Part shown: positions 36,705-40,636 of the stretch, one piece after another | How the letters are laid out: each line of letters starts with the position of its first letter | Numbering within the stretch: the stretch's first letter is position 1 | Source of the DNA: Phoronis australis | Lineage: Eukaryota; Animalia; Phoronida | Length of the DNA: 40,636 nt | Direction of reading: 5' to 3' | Assembly (NCBI GenBank): GCA_002633005.1 | Contig: NMRA01000627.1 | Location: 79,891 to 120,526 of the forward strand | Notes under the pieces: generated by a model | What the model saw: only the letters and a program-made list of their open reading frames with translations | The model's database searches: none | What the model was told of the DNA's origin: nothing | Translations under genes and position numbers: made by a program

Positions 36705-37204
36705 ACACTTTACCGCTACTAACAATCCCACTCACTCATTACCAGACTCTTTCGTCGCCAATGCACACACGTATTGCCAGTTCTCAACCTCATGACACCT
36801 TTTCTCCACATCGGGTCAACCGTCCATTGTCAGTGCCCCGTCTCACTCACCAACCCCTTTCATCATATATTGGGGCAACTGTATTACCAGTTTCTCGTTC
36901 ACTACTCATCTTCATCTCGGGGGCTGCTGTGTTGGCATTGTCTTCCGTCGCTTCCCGTTATTTTCTTTTGAACTGTATTGCCAGTGTCCTTTTCACTCAC
37001 CATTTTTCACACTAGGGCGCCTATATTAGTTGCCAGTGTCCTGATTCACTCACCCCGTTTTCGGGCTCCTACCTCCCGGGCACTCTTTCCAGTCCTGATT
37101 CTTGTTGCTTTACCCCATGCCCTCGTACATGCTAGAATGTTTAGTTGTACCCCGCTAATCCCAACTTATCTCAACTTATATCCTGCCATTACCCGGCACT
37201 GCCG

Positions 37205-38470
37205 ATGCAAGCCTGTTGCTGACATCATGCTTGCTTTCAAACTGCCCCGTCAGATGGCGCAGCGATTAGTGGGAATAGATAAATTAGTTGAAATGCGTGA
37301 TTGGTGTCTCTAACATTATGAGCTTGTGGATGACGTCATGTAAGTTATCAAATTGTGCACATGATGTGGCGCATCGATTAGAAATAGTTGAATTAGTTGA
37401 ATCCAACTAATCTGAATCCCAAGTCATCTCAACCTATTCAGCACTGTGCTATTCCACTAATTCAAGTAATTCTACCAATTGTTGCGCTATCTGAGGTATT
37501 ATTGGCATTGTGAGAAAGAAAGACCGGAGTCACTGCCTTGCCTGCAGGTGGTGCAGCGATTTGTGGTTTGAGTTGAATAAGTTGACATGCGTGTTTGGTG
37601 TCTCTAAAAGTGGGAGCTTATTGATGGCGTCATATATCTTACCTACCAGCCCACAGGTGGCGTCATCTTTTAGTGGGAATAGCTGAACTGCTTGTTTTGT
37701 GTCTCTCAACTTGTGATCTGGTGAGCCTTTTGCTGACGTCATGTACTTTATCTGTCTGCCTGCTGGTGACGCAGCGATTTATGGGAATAGTCAAATTAAT
37801 TGAAGTTTTTGTTCTGTGTCTCTCAAGTTGTGGCCCTGTTGCTGACTGCATGTTTGTCTTAACTATGAGTCTGTCCCTGCAAGTGGCGCAGCGATTAGTT
37901 TGAATAGTTGAATTAGTTGAAATGCGTGTTTGGTGTCTCTAAAATTGTAAGCCTGTTGATTATGATTTTATCTACCTTCCTACAGATGGCACAATGATTA
38001 GTGGGAATAGTTGAATTAGTTGAAATTCGTGGAGACTCTAAAATTGTGAGCCATGAGTTGATCAGATCTTCTACGTCATCTACCTGCCTACAGGTGGTGC
38101 AGCTATTAGTTAAAGAAATTGTCAATTGACATGCATTTTCTACTTGACCAACATAATTTCATCTAGACGTTATTTAGTGAATTCCCGCAGGTGGCACATC
38201 GAATGTAGTGGGAACTGCTGAATTAGTTGAAATGCTTGTTTTGTGTCTCTAAAGTTGTGAACCTTTATCTGACGTCTGTTTGTGTAACAGAGGTAGCTTG
38301 AAATATACGAATTTGCTGGGAACTTAGCACTGACTTCTGAAACATCATTTACCTATGAATGAAGTCACCATTTCATCTTTCTTTGCACTACAATGGTTTA
38401 GCGCCTTATATCCAGTATTTATAAGAGTAGTAGAAAAAGTATTGCAGGTGGCGCTGCAATTAGTTGAACT
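37205..38470 (+). repeat. Diverged ~110-bp satellite, about 10 units plus one inverted unit
   Basis: Consensus CAGGTGGCGCAGCGATTAGTGGGAATAGTTGAATTAGTTGAAATGCGTGTTTGGTGTCTCTAA; anchors near 37251, 37363, 37545, 37654, 37763, 37880, 37983, 38091, 38188 and 38445; inverted unit about 37400-37493. Confidence 0.9.
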
Positions 38471-39719
38471 ACAGCTTCCTATTAATCGATTAGTAGGTCC
38501 CTACCAAAGATTCAGACATTATTCCCGTTCTATGTCCATTATCTGTATGTATTTCTGTCTATACGTTTCACTATTTCTGTTTACATATACCTGCGTATGC
38601 AGCATACATTACGTCTGCTATGTACCTTACCGAGTGCCTTATGTATATTCCTTGGTTGTTATCAATCCATGTTAGCTTGATTTTCCTCTTAGATTTCAGT
38701 TACTCTCATTTCGACACCTTGTTACGATGATTGACATATTTTTAGTGTCATGTTATTCTGTTCTATGTTAGTCTTTCTCTTATTTTCGGCAGTATTTGTA
38801 CTCTCTTTTACTCATGCTACTTTTTGTCAGTTTCGCACGCTCTCCCTCGGGAGGGCGGATGCATCCTTCTGCAGCATCTGTGTCAGATTGTCACCCACCT
38901 GTACAGCTCAACATATTATACATGCATAAATTTTGTAATTATCCATATCTGTAGTAGTTTAGTTTGTCATAATACACATGACATGTTTTCTCATCCTCAG
39001 GTGTTGTTTCACTGTAACCTAGCTTCGGTATCGCTTCGCAGTTATTACAGTTATACAAATTATCTTTAATTATTAAATTATTTTATGTTAGCTATACTGA
39101 ATCGTACTTTTATTGACTAACTCCGCATGCAGTTTTAATACTTAATCGCCTATACTGTACGTTGATATAATAGACGTTGAGATCGTGGTTATTGATGCTC
39201 ATAGTTCCCCACGTTCAAGTTTTTATTCAACTTTATTAATTGTTGCTGCTCAGATCGTTAACTGTTTTTTTTCCAGTGTCTTCACTGCTGACGTCAAGGC
39301 CTCTGACATGTCTTTCCCTAACCGAAGGTCATCTGGCGACGAGGAGGGAGTTGTAATCAAAATGGGTTTGCGCAAGCCCGTGCCAACTTTATTATGGTCT
39401 ATATAATTGAAACATATGAAAATACCGAATAAATCGACATGATGCGTGCTACGTGTACTATTTCTGTCTTATCCAACTGCACGAGTGTTCGATAGATTAC
39501 TTAGTAGTCGGCTTACCTCGTCTATTGCCGTGATCCGAGTTCCCAAGGCATCAGTTCATGTCTTATTTTATGCTTTGAATACATGTTTAAACACTTACTA
39601 CCCTGCACTATAGATGTCGCTGTTATCTCAAACCCAATACTGACTTGACATTAGCTGTTTCACGACACCTGTGCTGCCTATTTTAATTTAAAGGGGGACC
39701 GAAAATATATTAACTCATT

Positions 39720-40636
39720 CCTGGATTTTATGACAAATCACAAATTTAAGACCTTCAATTACATACCCTACACGTCTTAGCCCCACATCAGCAACTTTAA
39801 TAGATAACTTCTTTACATCAACATCATACGGTCACATACATACACACTCTGGTATTCTTCTCTTTTCGATTTCAGACCACTGTCCTATCTTCATTGCTTC
39901 AAAATCGATAAAGAAAATCCACCCTAAACGCCCTACTTTCGTTTCAAAATATTCTTACACACCGGAAACAAAAACTCACTTTCTCAATAGCTTACGGAAC
40001 TGCAATATCATGGAAAAGCTAGACCGCAGCTTAGATTGTGACCCCAGTGACTACTACGCAATACTCAGTGATACTTTGACATATCTCACGAAAAAACACT
40101 TTGGTCCAAAAAATGTTAGACATAATAAACACAAACACGCGCTTAACTCATGGATTACACCTGGTATTTTAATTTCCATTCGTTACCGAGATAAACTGTA
40201 CAAACAAACCAAGACAACCCCTCGCAACACAATCCTACGCTACATGCCACAACAATCTTAAAGTATACAACAAGATTCTCAAAAAAACTATTGAGCAATC
40301 TTATTATTATGACACATTCGAAAAAGGGAAGTCTGACATAAATAAAACATGGGATACAATAAAGACAGTTATGAACAACGGCGTTCGAACAAAAAATGAC
40401 ACCCCAGAATGTCTCTTACGTTCAGATAACACTAAAACCAGTGACCTACCCGAAATGGCAAGTTTATTCAACACCTACTTTACCCAAATCGGCCCATCCC
40501 TTTCTGAATCAATAACTATGATAAAAAACAAGAATTTCAAAGCCTATCTTCCCACGCCAAACAAATTTAAGTTCTCTTTCAAACTAATTAATAATAAACA
40601 TGTACTAGATATTATAAGAGACATGGACGCAAAAAA
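39720..40636 (+). mobile_element. Frameshifted LINE ORF2 (CR1/L2 group, Crack/Daphne-like), end of the endonuclease and linker; runs off the window
   Basis: IDNFF..SGIL..ISDHCPIF (APE end), SWITPGILISIRYRDKLYK, KTWDTIK, MASLFNTYFTQIGPSLSESI. Confidence 0.88.

Larger units (their letters stand above)
36097..39406 (+). pseudogene. Secreted prepropeptide paralogue B, join(36097-36155,39277-39406), 62 aa if spliced: MKPVYIIALVIVSVMFSSASVFTADVKASDMSFPNRRSSGDEEGVVIKMGLRKPVPTLLWSI; splice donor mutated
   Basis: Acceptor cttttgcag|36062; the signal exon is homologous to gene A. The donor position reads TC|ttgagt instead of AC|gtgagt, so read-through hits TGA at 36157. Phase-2 acceptor ttttttccag|T GTC at 39277; AATAAA at 39428; 3' UTR homologous to gene A. 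Confidence 0.7.

Noticed and set aside
36730-38470. CRISPR-like repeat-spacer arrays
   Set aside because: Eukaryotic intron context, degenerate repeats, related spacers in the 110-bp satellite and no cas genes.

Overview
AT-rich, intron-containing animal genomic DNA; the repeat content suggests a marine invertebrate, but that is inference. There is one assembly gap at 22495-22972. (1) The first 16.4 kb hold a spliced stomatin/band-7 (SPFH, MEC-2-like) gene on the + strand. Six coding exons join cleanly in frame (about 268 aa), the start-codon exon is unresolved, and the 3' UTR is about 1.7 kb. (2) 16.5-21.2 kb is a nested transposon block: a decayed hAT element inserted into a very old DIRS/Ngaro-like retrotransposon, plus a duplicated hAT end. 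(3) The main discovery is invisible to the ORF track: two tandem paralogous 3-exon genes at about 21.4-28.0 kb and 33.1-39.5 kb. Each has a TATA box, a short non-coding exon, a signal-peptide exon, a peptide exon and AATAAA. They encode 69-aa and 62-aa secreted prepropeptides with near-identical signal peptides, dibasic processing sites and strongly diverged mature regions. Copy A looks intact and carries a vicinal Cys-Cys. Copy B has a GT>TT splice-donor change. The rest is SINEs, LINE and Penelope fragments, MITEs, foldbacks and satellites, including a ~110-bp satellite whose units carry a CTCF-like motif. All family assignments come from motif recognition by eye; no database search was run.
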